Shown: positions 14,484 to 28,634 of the stretch, in pieces
How positions within the stretch are numbered: position 1 is the first letter of the stretch
How the letters are laid out: the number at the start of each line of letters is the position of its first letter
Source of the DNA: Eledone cirrhosa
Lineage: Eukaryota
DNA: 64,000 nucleotides
Reading direction: 5' to 3'
Assembly: GCA_964016885.1 (NCBI GenBank)
Contig: OZ024740.1
Coordinates: 332,134,001 to 332,198,000 of the forward strand
Position numbers and translations under genes: made by a program
The notes under the pieces: model-generated
Told to the model about the DNA's origin: nothing
Database searches by the model: none
The model's input: the letters and a program-made list of their open reading frames with translations, nothing else

Positions 14484-14490
<7 letters not shown>
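12149..14490 (+). mobile_element. Penelope-like retroelement, 5'-truncated (Neptune-like RT thumb + GIY-YIG)
   Basis: WKRYLDD (frameshifted), IQFTME, LPFLDI, YKPTD, SNHP.H, CGRSNCGTC linker, FTCSSKNLIY..C..C...YIGQT...R...H. ORF 12245-13267, long 3' region with a hammerhead, (TA)n on both sides. Confidence 0.92.
14315..14352 (+). ncRNA. Minimal hammerhead with U3-A8 core variant
   Basis: Stem I CCTT/AAGG; core TTGAAAA; stem II GCAG/CTGC; GAAA; palindromic stem III ACCGGT; GUA; AATAAA downstream. Confidence 0.8.
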
Positions 14491-14534
<44 letters not shown>

Positions 14535-15588
14535 AGGAAGTTATAGTTTACTTGAAGCATTGCGTAATGAGGTATAAACGTTTGGAGTTGGAAGGCCAAG
14601 ACAATGCAGGTATGGATATAGAATATAAATGCAAATGCAAAAGATATTGTTGAGAATTATTCTTTTACCTTAAATTTATTCAAATATCCTTAATTTTCGA
14701 GATAATATCTCTTCTTGGGAGGGAAGTAAAGGGATTAATCCAGTGTTCTAATTAGCTTGCCAAGTCATGCTGACAGGAAATGGTATAGAGATTCCATGCT
14801 ATCTCTAATGTCAAAGAGTGAAGGTTAGGTGGATAAAAAGTTGTCTCCCTTTAAAGGGGGTTTTTGTACATGTATGTTTAAGTGTGTGGGAGAATACGTG
14901 AAGGCGTAAGTATGCGTGTGTGTGTGTGTGAGTGTGAGAAGATATGTCTAGAAAGTACGCATTTATATATATATATTTTTATATATATATATGTGTGTAC
15001 ATACGAACCTATGTTTGTTTTCTTTTTTTCTAGTGTTAATTTATAATTGATAACCCCTCCCACTTACTTTCTCTTTGATTTAAACATTTTTATTCTCTTA
15101 TATTGTTTCATTTTTATATGTATCGAGCCTCAGACTGACACCACTTTGGCTGATAGACTCCCTTCCCTCTATATATCTCTCACATGTGTGTGATCGCGCG
15201 CGTGTGTGTGTTTATACGCGTGGTTTCATACTTGTATGTGTGTATATTTCATTCTTTAATACCTGTATCTGGATGTTCGTTAACTCTATTATCTTACAAT
15301 TCCTTTTTCAACATATATTATATACGTATTTGTGGTCACACATACACTCATATGCTTGCCCTCATATATGTACTTACGCACATATCTTTTCACTATAGAC
15401 ATGCATTTGTATATACACACATATGTACATTTGTGAGTGAATATACACACATTTATACACATACCATAAATATATTTCCTTATTTTTTTATATATCTCTT
15501 GCATTACTTTTATTTATATTTTTTGCCCGTTAAACTTTTGCCTTTCTTGAGGAGATTTTTCAAATATCTCACTATGATTTAGATTGCT

Positions 15589-15652
15589 TTATCCGACGAA
15601 CGAATGAGGACTTTTTTCGTATTCGTCTTATTCGGGAAACCTCTGGTAATGA
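15589..15652 (+). ncRNA. Hammerhead motif (U4C change) near the right end of a (TA)n-bounded block (14533-15762)
   Basis: Stem I TTAT/ATGA; core CCGACGA; stem II CGAATGAGGAC/GTCTTATTCG; GAAACCTCTGGTA. Confidence 0.7.
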
Positions 15653-15758
15653 GGTAATTAGATTGTATTGTTTATTATACATTAAATTTAGCTCTGGCAT
15701 TTACATAGAGCACTCTTCACTCCTATGACTTTTTCAATTTTCAACGGAAACTTCAATA

Positions 15759-15862
<104 letters not shown>

Positions 15863-16192
15863 CGAGAGAGAGATATTAATGCTTGAAATTAGTTTTGTCT
15901 GAATGAAAATTGAAATTTGAAATTACATTATTTTAGTTTTGAAAGGAAAGTTTGAAATAAAATTATTGTTAAGTCTGAAGTGAAATTTGATCTTGTGTGC
16001 TAACAATAAACCGAAATGATCGAAATACCGGTATGTGCCAATCTTCAAAGTTTTCACTACAATCGTTTTTCATAAATGTTTCTCTATCCTAAATAATAAT
16101 GACAGTAATTTTCGGTTTTAAATAGTATAAAAATGCCACAATTGTTTAAATCCATGGTGTGAATGTTCGTTAAATATATGTATATATATATA

Positions 16193-16372
16193 TCAAACAT
16201 CACGGACGCTCTATCTCAAAATTATTTTTGAAAAGCATTAGAAATGCGCAACCGGTAACACTTAAAACCAAAACTGAATACTAACCAATACTATTACTAA
16301 TTCTCACTTATTCCTAATTAAACTATTTTTCACTGTGAACAAGTTGTCAGCATTTTCTTTTCCGTTTACCAA
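16193..16372 (+). mobile_element. Short non-coding element with a TTGAAAA hammerhead-like motif; second copy at about 29860-30052
   Basis: Shared sequence cacggac.ctctatctcaaaattatttttgaaaag...caaccggta...ttccgtttaccaa; (TA)n flanks. Confidence 0.75.
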
Positions 16373-16385
16373 TATATATATATAT

Positions 16386-16604
16386 CACGATAAATTAACG
16401 GAGGCATAGGCCCTCGCTATTCACTGAAAAATATGTGCTCAAAGGAGAAGAAATCCTGAGCTCTTTAAAATACAATATGTTGAAAAGGTAACACACCAGA
16501 GAGAGATATACAGTGCGCTATCAATAACACAGGGAATTATTGATAACGCACTGTATATCTCTCTCTGGTGTGTTACCTTTTCAACATTTCAACATATTGT
16601 ATTT

Positions 16605-16605
<1 letters not shown>
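16386..16605. mobile_element. Short fold-back copy of the 42187-43080 family
   Basis: 16388-16539 matches 42187-42339; followed by an inverted copy of its own right part; inside (TA)n. Confidence 0.85.
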
Positions 16606-16687
<82 letters not shown>

Positions 16688-17197
16688 GGACTACATTGCT
16701 AAAGTTAGCTACTCCATACCACTTTATACTTGCACTTTCAATTACAACGGAGCAATTTCCATTTTTCTGGAAATTCTTTAATCGAAATTTCTTCTTTACA
16801 ATTTTCTCTTTTTCAATACAACTCAAATGTATTTCAAATAGAGTGGGTTCCACAAAATCGTAAATCCCTTATTCAAATGGCGTTTTTTCTATCTATTTAT
16901 ACTAAATGCATTTTATATTTTACATGCAATCTGCAATGTAATAACAGATAAAGACGTAAGCACTAAATGTGTCTTGATAATATCAATATTTGGTGCCAAA
17001 CAGTGGCGTCAATACACAATGGATATTTATACTAACAGTCTTATTTTTAAAAGCCACATTATTATATATTAAAGTTATTACTGTGTTTTTTGTGTGTAAT
17101 ACTTTTGTTTCCTTCTACGTCCTCTGATCGACGCCATTTTAGAATGATATATACATACACACATTGCTTATATATATATATATATATGTATATACAC

Positions 17198-17239
<42 letters not shown>

Positions 17240-19546
17240 GGAAAGGAGAGAGAGATATGTGCATGTATGTGCCTGCGCAAATGTGTGTGTACATGTGTGT
17301 GTGCGATATAAGCCGCATGTTGTTGTTGTTTTTTTTTTGGGGGGGGGGGGGGGGGCTTCAAACAAATCGCATCTACTATTTTATTCAGTTCTTTGAAATT
17401 TAATTAAATCAGGAAATATATGCACATACCATTAAGTCTGTGTAAAGAAAAAGAAAACAAAATAAGATAACAGAATTTTGATGAATAGCTAAATACTGTT
17501 AGTTATGGAGATTTGTTTTTGTCATTTAGAAAGAGTTTACTATTTTACAATATATCTATCTTATCAAGCCACTAAATTTGAAAGCCTTCCTTTAGATTTA
17601 GAATTCCAAAAATCGACATAATGGATGGAATATCTATTAAAGAACCCTTCATTCTATTTCCTCTAGGAATAGAATATTCATAGAAATTTGTTTATCAGTT
17701 CCATCTAAACATGCAACTTTTCAACTCATGATTTAGGCGATGTAATTATAACAATATCTAGTATACAATAGCATTTCATCTCTATCGTTAGTAGTGATGT
17801 TATTCATTGAAACTCATATTTAATCACCATTGACTTAGATGAGTAAAACTAGCTGTACTCTATTGCAATACATCAATGAATTCGGTTAGACCAAGACCGA
17901 TATTTCATTGTCCAGAAAATCGCCAATGAATTTTAATAAGTCCAGGCTCTTTCCAATACAATGTTTCTAATCGATGTTTACCGCATCTGAAAACCAAATT
18001 ATGCGTTTTTATCACATGTTATGAGATAATATATCAGAATTGTATTCAGGGTGTTTGAAGCAGAATATTTTAACAATGAAGCATTGTTGTACATATATAC
18101 AAGTAATGCCTCTTACCAGACCCCCACGCTTTTCTTTGTGTTATTGAACAAAACCTCACGTGACACACAAAGACCCTATTCTATCTAAGTATCAATAAGC
18201 AATTTCTGAAGATGTAATCTTTAATAAAAATCGGAAGAAGTTTTGGAATCGCAAATAAGGAATCTGAATAATGGAATCATTATGTACTTTTTAAAAAATA
18301 TATTTTATTTATGAGAACAATTCAAAAAATGGCGGTACGAAGAACATATGCTTTCAAGTGAAGTAAGAAGAAATATTATGAAATTAAAAATAAAAGTTGC
18401 AAGATTAAACGCAAAACCTTGCATGAGCGTTTGAACTGTGATCCTTTGAAATTTTATATGATATATAATGAGATTTTTGTGCATTGATGCTGATAAAAAC
18501 AGCATTGTACAACACCTAAGTGGATCTAATAACGTATGTATGTAGCCGTATCATTGTATATTTGAAAATAGAAACTATGCAAATATAGTCGTGTAGAGTA
18601 TTTTGCAAATGTTGATATTTTCTCTGATCTTCATATTAAATCATCTAATGCAATTCGCTTGTGAAAAAATTACCATTGTTTTTCTCATATTATCAGTCAT
18701 AATACGTATAATAATATGTTTTATTACAAAGCTGATGATGGATATAATATTTACCAACAAAGTAGCAGATTGGTAGATTAATAATTTAGTTAAATCAATT
18801 TACCACCTGGCCTTAAATGTTTTTAATAGTTTAGTTTTTAAGAAGACTCTTGTTTGTAATAAACCAATCAACATATATAGTGCACATTCAGAAAATGTGA
18901 AAATATGTGTTTATTCATAATTGCAATTTTTCAAAATATTTCGGAAACAAAGAACATGCCATATAATGCGTCGGTTATATATAGCATATTTAATGTCTGA
19001 AGTGGTAACCGCATGGAAATATTAAGGATATAACGTTTCTCATGGAGGCAGTTATATAAATATATCTTTATAATTATATGAATTTATCAAATGTAATCTA
19101 ATTATATACTCTTAAATAAGATTATTTTTACAACAAATATTTTAAAAGAAAAATATAACATATTCATTTGAAGTATATATATAACTCTACTCATGAAGCT
19201 GTCCATCTTTGGAAAATAATGTCCATATATTTTGCAATACAAAGAAACATGTCCTATTATCATTGGTTTAAATTTTGATTGTAAAATAATATCAATTTAG
19301 TTTTAAAATGCTTTTTTCGTCGTCAACCTTTACTGAATAAAATTAAATTAGTCGGTTAACCCTTAATAGGAATTATTTTTCATGCCCAATTTTCTATATA
19401 AATGTATAATATAACACTAAATATAAAACTTTAAAACTGTGACTAAGCTGATACCATGATATATAAGATTTATATCACTACATATACACACAAAATTAGT
19501 GTACGCAAACAAACATGCACATTCGTATATATGTGTGTGTGTGTGT

Positions 19547-19598
<52 letters not shown>

Positions 19599-19855
19599 TT
19601 TTGTGTGCTGTTAATTCGTTGAAACTGCAGGTGGTCTAAAAGCTGATGAGTTTATTTAAATGTTTGTGATCTCCGAACATCCATTCTCTTTCTTCCTCCT
19701 ATCAATTCTTCGAGCCGGTGATTTCGAGGTAATGTCTTACCCAGCACCGTATCGACGGCATTTTGCTGTTTTAACAGGTTCCTTAGGCCGAGTTTTCCAT
19801 TTTCCTACTTATATATATATATAGTTTAGGCAGTATATTGAGGAAAGCAAACAAG

Positions 19856-19921
<66 letters not shown>

Positions 19922-19924
<3 letters not shown>

Positions 19925-20062
19925 CGAAGGAAAAGTGGTAAGGAACCAGGTGGACCCTAACGCACCAAAGTACTCAATACTTAGGGTAGTAGAGTGGGTA
20001 ATAGGAACAAGTAAGACCCCGACGGCTGAGCTTAAGCCGTTTCGACGGCTAATTCTGGACTT
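19922..20062 (-). mobile_element. Truncated Penelope-type terminal repeat carrying the 3' half of a hammerhead
   Basis: Same family as 39661-39790 and 39863-40057. Minus strand reads GAAACGGCT..AGCCGTC^GGGG. (TA)n on both sides. Confidence 0.75.
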
Positions 20063-22124
20063 ATATATATAATGTTGTTTGCTTTCCTCATATTTCCACT
20101 CAATGTACTGCCTAAACTAATGTGTTTATCACGTTATGTCAATTTGTATTCAAATTGTATTTATAGCAAAAAGAGTAGATGTAACCATTTGTAATAGTGT
20201 ATCTGCAATGTTGAATCTTCGGGTACAAAGGAAATCCATTCACGTATGTGCAATTACTTTCTCCCATTCATTACACGTTTGAATACCTTTCTACATTACC
20301 TTCTATAGAATAAAACGAGCAACGTATATATTTATATGCCGTGCTTTGTAAGATATGTTTTGCTTGTTGAACATGTACGTATATAATTAAATCATATAAA
20401 AACAAATGTTCTGATGTGTTTTGCGAAGCTAAACTGTATCAAATTTAATTGTTTTTCTTCTGCTCGTGGAAGATTAATCAAAATGATACAGGTAATATTC
20501 CTAATTAAAGTATATGAACATTTGGTAATGATATATTCCATTACATTCTAATCAAACGAAAGGTGTTAGAAAGAACTGTATCTGATAACGTATTTTTTAA
20601 AAATACATTTGGTTAAAGTGCACAACATGATTTTGTAAATAGCAATCTAACACATACTATATCATAGCAACCATCAGGTATAACAACAATGGCATTTATA
20701 ATAATGGAAACTATGCACTAAGAAACACAAAATAATTAACGTATAAACAATATCTGTAAATGTTCTTTCTATTATGCATAAGGTCTCTGTAATCCGAATA
20801 AATCTTTCTTTATTGCAGTATAGGCATTACTCTCATTTCGAGCAAATTTATTATATGGAATACTGCTGTTATGAATTTAACTGGTAATTGAAAGGAAGTG
20901 TATTCAACACTGTATAATATTGAAGCACATTAAAGTATTTCACTTTGATTCTATATGAATAACATGATATGACGACGACCTAAAAAGTTAGCATCTACGA
21001 GGTTAACCTAGAATTAATAGTGAAGTATACATCAAGTAACACTTCACTGTGTTAAAAATATAAGGATCACATAACAATATATTGTCCTAGATACACAAAT
21101 ACATTAGGAATGGTTATGCATGGAATGCTTTTAACTGAAAGATCGGAAACCATCAACAGCAAAAAGGATCCATTGATGAAAGGACAGAATTAATTTCCAC
21201 ATATATAAGTGAAATATATGAAGCACATCTATTCATTCAATGTTTATTTTCTGAACCTTGCAATGCCAATAAGAAATAATTATACATAAAAAAATTAAAT
21301 CAATGATTTTAGTTTCAGAACAGCGATGGACGTAAGATTGTGTTAATATTTTAATGGCTTTGATACACTAAATGCGAATTTAATCACCAGTTGTGTTAAA
21401 TCACGGCTTTCCTCTACTATTATATGTGCAGCTATTTTCTTGTGGATAAGAAATTTCTTTTGAACCTACAAGGTTTTAGGTCTTTATTTACTAGACGACA
21501 ATATCTTATATATGTGGAGATTAATTCTGTCCAAATAAGGAGATAAAAACTGTGTCGAAATACGAAGTGGGACGTAGTATGTATGTATATAATATATATT
21601 TATACGTATCAATATATACCTATATATCAACATAATATTGAAAATATCGCTACAATATCGGCAGACTAATTTACATATCGCAAACTACAGAAAATCTAAG
21701 TATAGAACAATTAATCTCATGTGATTTTACGTAATAGTCGTTTGTAAGTTTTCTTGATAATCAAACATTATAAAGCTTCAGACAATAACTTATTAATAAT
21801 CAAGAAGCTTCACTGTGAAATTATGATTGGCGCCTTCTTAAAGTCATTAAGAACGTATCAGTTAATAATTTTCTGAAAGTCATAACAACAAATCTGTTTC
21901 GTTCAACAGCTACTCGATCTCGATATCGCTCATTCGAAAAACGTGTATTCAGTAATTTGATTTTGTTATCTGAAGTGTTAACAAAACAAACTCATTAACA
22001 TAAATCACTGTAGATACGAAAATACAGAGGCATACCTTTCAGCAACATTAATTTATATCACACAATTTCTCTATGTTATATACAGATTGAATATCCACAC
22101 ACACACATATATATATATATATAT

Positions 22125-22202
22125 TGGGTCCTCAAGTATGAAATTTATGGAAATTTGAGGAACAAAAACAAATTTTTACAAATTGCATACTTGACGGCCC
22201 CA
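22125..22202. mobile_element. Tiny MITE-like element in (TA)n
   Basis: Imperfect TIRs gggtcctcaagtatgaaattt / aaattgcatacttgacggccc. Confidence 0.6.
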
Positions 22203-22206
22203 TATA

Positions 22207-22325
<119 letters not shown>

Positions 22326-22393
22326 GGTTAACAGAAGTAACAACACAATCGGTGGGATATATTAGGTTAACGCTTGATATAGTAGGAAGAGAG

Positions 22394-22429
22394 TCTTAAC
22401 GTTTCGGACGCTAGTCCTTCATCAGAAGA
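22394..22429 (-). ncRNA. Minimal type I hammerhead ribozyme
   Basis: TCTT CTGATGA A GGAC tagc GTCC GAAACGT T^AAGA; palindromic stem III ACGT. Confidence 0.85.
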
Positions 22430-22549
22430 AATGATGAGGAATACGATAGATTGTGGAGACGGGCGGGTCGTAATTGGAAAAAAATTCTTTATATACATAT
22501 ATGTGTGTGTGTCGCAAACTCAACATTAATGATTAATGAAGAATATGTG

Positions 22550-22659
<110 letters not shown>

Positions 22660-23460
22660 GGTGTGTCTGTGTATTTTGGATGCTTATTCTGTAAATTCTT
22701 TAATAGTTCCGTTTAAATTTTGTATATAAAACATCTCCTTAATTTATATATACACAGATATAAAGCCAACATTATTAAAGGCTCTTTAATAGGCGCAAAA
22801 CTTACTTCAAGCCAATGCTATCCATGTGCCCAAAATGAGTTTCTAAATCCGACCTAACAACATATACATACCTCACTTGACAAAAATGAATTCTCTTCCT
22901 TAGAACTATACCCCAAAACACACGCCTAAACGTAACACTAATCAGGTGTAATTACTTCTATGGAAGTAACAAATATCATCAGGCTGCACTTTTCGTTGGT
23001 TCCATGTATCTGCAGTGGCCACTAAACCATTTCATAATCAGAATTATACTAACCACCTTATCACAAAATCCAGCCATATATTATCAACGAAAACGTACAG
23101 ACAAACTACAAATTGCAAATTGACCGTTTATTGAATTATATATACTCTTAAACTAACAGCAAAAAGTATTAGTGATATAATCTTCACGAACTGACTAATT
23201 CAACACATCTAATCTATTATCCGCAATCAACATTTAACGAACCGAACAAAATTGATATGAAACAAAACTCTAAGACTTTAGACAAGTGTTTCGCAACCTT
23301 GTTTTACTTATGGACCCCTTTAATTTTTTTGTACTTTGGTGGACCCCATAGCCATTTAATATTTCAATATCCTATTATATTTCTATTGTCTAGTTTGAAC
23401 TCGACTCTAGAGAGTTTTATATATATATTGAATTTTTGTTTATACATACATATATATATA

Positions 23461-23515
<55 letters not shown>

Positions 23516-23889
23516 ATTGGTGCTCTGAAACAATGATATATATATGAATGTATATATAGTGTATTGCAAAATACCCTATATATACATGATGCTATTTCAG
23601 AGCACCAATTCTAATTTTCAATTTCTGCTGGACCGGCGACCGCTCTGTATAATCAGTTCCTGATTATTAATGGAATTCTATAAGAATCCAACACACATAA
23701 TTTTCAGCAAACAGGAGGGGTAGTGAACTTTGATAAGTACCAAAAAGTACGAAACAGAGCTCTGTCAGATTATCTCCCCTGTTTGCAGAACATTTAAATA
23801 AGTGACATTCTAACTATTTTAAAACAATAGCGTATGGTCTTCAAAATGCTTTTAATTAAATATAGCAAAATACACTATATATACATTCA

Positions 23890-24933
23890 TATATATATAT
23901 AAATTTGTAGTTCCTGTCTGTTTGTTTGTTTGTTCACGAACTCCTCCAATTGTTTTGGAGATAGACCTCCATAACCATATATATTCTGAAACTACATTAC
24001 CTAGGGTACTTGGATAAGTATATTTCATTTTAATGAAAGGATTCCCCGGAGGCACAATCCCCCGCTGAAAATATTTTCCCTTCGATTTATATGAAATTTA
24101 AACCATAGGTAAATGATAGGATATGATGCCTATTCACAAAATTTCAGAAAATTACCATAATATTCAGACACTCTAATGGGGTTAAACCCCCTATAGTGAA
24201 AATGTTGGCCAATAAATGGAACAACATGTGTTGTAACAAGATTGCATGAGAACTTGATTGAAGCAACCATTATATTCGGGGCTTACAAAGGTCAAGCTCT
24301 TCTCATTCCGAGGATTCCACTGATACCAAGTGATAGCGAGTTGCCTTTTTCATTTAAGAGGCTGCAGTTCCTAGTAAGGTCATGCTTTGCCATGAGCATC
24401 AATAAGAGTCAAGGTCAAACTTTCAAAACTATTGGTAGAGATCGGACAAACCCATGTTTCTGTCATGTCATGTTTATATGGCTGTTTCAAGGACTGGAAC
24501 TTCAAAAATTCTCTACATTTTATCCAATCAAAGAAAGACAAGAAATGTTGCTTACCCTGAAGTTCTTCATTAGGACAAAGTATGAGATATATTTTCATGT
24601 ATTTATTATGTTAAAAAATAAATAATTAAACATTGAATTTCTAATTTGAAAATAATGCTTTACACAAAAATCAAATGATCAAGTTTTGAATTGAAATTTA
24701 AAAAAAGTTATTTACATGAAGCAAAATAAGAATAAGATTTAATAATGTAATTTCGATTTTATATATTACAAAAAATAATGTTTTCCAATTTTTCATGCAT
24801 TACATTTTACATTGAGTAATATTGAAATGGAGAGTTTTTCTCCATACATTATATCACTGATTTAAAATCAATCATCATCTTCTTACAAAAAGAAATGTGT
24901 GAAACACAGCAAGGCGCGTGTAATTTGGTTAGT
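23890..24933 (+). mobile_element. Internally deleted Helitron with a Pif1-like helicase C-terminal remnant
   Basis: LIPRIPLIPSD..LPF.FKRLQF.VR..FAMSINKSQGQT at 24242-24500. Helitron-like 5' end (tatataaa..ctgtctgtttgtttg) and decayed 3' hairpin followed by ttagt at about 24905-24933. Confidence 0.8.
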
Positions 24934-27644
24934 ATATATATATATATATATATATGTGGGGGGGGGGTATACATTTGTCAACACAAGACAAAATATTGAA
25001 GAAGTGACTCTGCAGACAATATTCTTGTGTGAGTATTTTATGCATATATATGTGTATATATATATTGTGTATGTCTGTACATGTATATACATTCATTTAC
25101 ACTTCATCATTCATTCAGGCTCTCATTGGTTTTTTGTGTTGCTTTTTCGATTTGTTTTTCTTTAAGATTTATGATATGCTCTTTGAAGAAATATTTTTTC
25201 AAGGACTTCTAAAATACTTCTGTGACACCCACAATGTACAACTGCTTTCGTTTCGACCTCCAAACCTCTTATACTAACCCAGTATAAAAATCACTGTTGT
25301 AAATAGAACCCTAACTTCACCATAAACACGTACGCAACAGAGATCTCAGCCCAAACTATCAAATACATAAAAATAATTTGAGAAATTCTACTAAACAATA
25401 TAAATAAAGTAACTAATCCTAACAAAAAATCAATTGATTACGCAAATTAATAAAATTAAAATTAGGCGTTTAACATTAAAGTAAAATTAGATTACACAAA
25501 TATATATGTTCCACAATTTCTATCCAAGTAAGAGAATTATATGCTCATATAATTAATTCACAAATCACTGTCTCGATAACAGCATGTTCATACATCTTAT
25601 GAACAACCTAGCCGGGTTGTGTCCATAAACAGAAATGGTAATTAGCTTACACCCTTGAGTTCACTTGTGTGAAAACCCTACACCTTTCAAATATATCATT
25701 TCAGTACTGACATAATTGAATATTTTTTAAATTTAAAATTCAATTGTTATGCGGTGAATAATATTTTGTATACGACAATGAAAATACGAATCTCTTCTTT
25801 TGGTGTATGCAAACAACGTTCCTTTTGTATAGATAATATGCAGATATTTAGAATAAAAAGAAAATGTACAATGGTTGCCAAACAACAACAACAAAAAAAC
25901 AACTCAAATATACCCGTGCATGATATAATTGATATGTGTTGAGTAAAGTATTACTAGGAAAAGGGTAGATATATTGTAAACATATGTCAAATGAAGGAAC
26001 GTAAATATAAGCAAAATAATGGACTTATTTTCCTTCTTGAAATAAATTGACAATTACACAAGTTTATCATTTCCCGCTAATCTCCAAAAGGTTTACCGTC
26101 AACAGAGTCACTCAATGATGCTAGATGCAAATAGGTCCGTGGAGTCAATTATATGCTTGCAGCAACATTGAAATTTCTTTGTATATTGGCAGATTATTTT
26201 CCATTTCGTCCTGTAAAAATATTAGGAATTCTATACATGTCAGAACTGTTTTCGACTGCGTCTAATCTTAGATTTACATCACATTTTTATTCTAAGCAAA
26301 TTTGGGAAAGTGTCAATAATGGCTGCCGAGATAAGAAAATTGATGTTTTTCTATTACTATTACTCAGAGGAAAAAGAGAGAAAAAATGGAGATTGGTATT
26401 CTTAAAAATTCCTTTTGATAACATTGAATATTCAGGAGCAGACGAGAAATAAAACATTTGATATAGACAAAACGAGGATATATTCAAATAAATTTTCGCC
26501 ACAGATACATTTTCTTTCGTTAACGGTGATTGTGTATTCGTATATTTTCAGATGACCTTTGAAAATATTGGTAGCTGAAACAGTTTTCCGAAGATGATTT
26601 ACTGATTTATTCGTTTTTCTATAAATATGACGATAAAAAAAATGTAATCAATGTAGCATAAATATGCTTCTAGTTTGTATAGTATGCCAAATTGTAAATG
26701 TTTCATTAATGTTCGTATATATCGAATGTCACATAGAGCAAACTAATTAAACACCATGCATATTGAACTATAATCTTCACACGTTTTGCCTCCCTATCAC
26801 CATTACCTATACACCCCACTGGAAAAAAGAGGCGGATAATTTTCATGTATATGTATGCATGTATATTTATATATATGTGTATTATATATTGTAAATTAAC
26901 CTACAGTTAGAAGGTTCGGCGCACGCAACCCTTTGTATAATGTTGCTATTCTTTGAATAATTATTTTTCCCTGGTTGTCCATATTTGTGTTTCTTATCAC
27001 GTTGTAGACACATCTGACCTCTATGACAGCTTCTTGAGAACAACTGCATCTAGTCATTGTACATTTTCTGGCAACATACTAAAGAGCTGCAGCCACTTTA
27101 ACCCCAAGCTACTGCAGTACATGGTCCTTACTCTAGCTGTCTGAGAGTGAGAAATTGAAGCTAGACCTTGGATATTCTGTTCGGGTGCTGGAGTATCATT
27201 CAATGCTAATGTTTGGTGCTAGTCCTTCCGGGATTTTCAATATATATATTACATGCGTTTCCCATATATATACTCCAGAGTGCAGTGTTTTATTCTTTTA
27301 GCCACTTCATGTCGCTCATACCTTTCAATCAGGTAAAGATAATGTAGCCTATTTAGATGGCTTTCATTTTCGCTGTTAATTTGACACAGTAGTCCGTATA
27401 TATTCTTACATCCACATACTTTGCATTCACATAATCTTTTAACAAATATATTAAGAGAGTAATTCTAACTATTGGGTTCGAGGAAATTCCAATGCTATTG
27501 ACAACTAAGTCTCGGGAATTACTCTGACACATGTTTGTACAATCACATAATTTTGTTCCAGTGATTTATTTTACGTAGATGAATAGGTGAGAAGGAAAAT
27601 GGGATTAATGTGTTTTGCTTCAACAATTTATGATATTATAATAG

Positions 27645-27830
27645 TTAATAATTAATAATGTTATAATCAATACACATATAATAATTAATAATTGAAACAT
27701 TTAATCAGTACTCATATAACTAATATTTAATATTACTATAATCATTACCCTATAATAATTAATAATTAAGCATTTAATCATTACACATAATAATTAATAA
27801 TTAATAACATTTTAGTCATTACACTGTAAT
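27645..27830. repeat. AT-rich degenerate minisatellite
   Basis: Repeated taataattaataatt...catttaatcattacacata units. Confidence 0.6.
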
Positions 27831-28278
27831 ATCAATATCATTATTGCATCGTTTTCTGATGTGAAACGAATCATTATAAAATTAGTTACCATTATCCAAA
27901 TTTAAATTTATTAATTTAATACATACTTGCATATTTGTATTAACCACCTTGACAGAAACATAAGCCTTCACCTGGAGAATGCAACATATAACTGTCTACG
28001 ACGGAAATCTGGTTGTGATAAGTAAATCTCTTGTCTTTGAATTATCTAAACTTACAGAGAGCTGAGTTCTGTGAAGAAGGTTCAATTTTACAGAAGGCAC
28101 TAAACGCATGCGTTTAACAATTGAAGATTGTTTCAAAAATGTTTGTTCAATAAAATAAAACTGCAGTTTCGTCATCCTCTCCTTACCAAAGCCACTTCCT
28201 TTAATGAATATCTCAACTGAGAGCAGCAAAATGAAAATAATCTTCAAATTGCTGAAGCAAACGCTTAAATATACTTAC

Positions 28279-28386
28279 TCTTCTTAGACCTTCATCCACC
28301 CGCAATTCATAGACATCCAGTTTGTAATCTCTTCGTCGTCCTTGTTCGTCGAAAGCCACTCTTCCAGACAAACCTCTGATGTCGAC
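28279..28386 (-). CDS. AMPA-type glutamate receptor, internal exon (end of amino-terminal domain)
   Basis: Acceptor ttgcag, donor gtaagt; 108 nt, phase 0-0. Encodes VDIRGLSGRVAFDEQGRRRDYKLDVYELRVDEGLRR, matching the iGluR V..EGLSG.I.FD..G.R..Y motif. This frame is not in the ORF track. Confidence 0.92.
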
Positions 28387-28634
28387 CTGCAATGTTTAAC
28401 AGAACAGTAATATGTTGTTGATAATGTAAATGCCATATACAAGTAACTAGATATATTAACAAGCAACATTAGGTATAAATACCTAATCAGGAAATACGAA
28501 AAATCCTTATTGAAAATGCGTTTTAATTTTCGTGAAGCATTGCCATATTTAAAAACAATGAATAAATTCTGAGGCAATATAACAATACAAATGATAATGA
28601 AGGAGAATATAGAAGAACATGAATAGCATTATTA

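Noticed and set aside
14688-14722. Minus-strand hairpin GAGAT/ATCTC followed by GAAAATTA
   Set aside because: The core reads CCCAAGA; probably a dead hammerhead but too decayed to list.
19640-19690. CTGATGAG...CGAACA as a possible hammerhead
   Set aside because: GAAA is incomplete and the stems do not pair convincingly.
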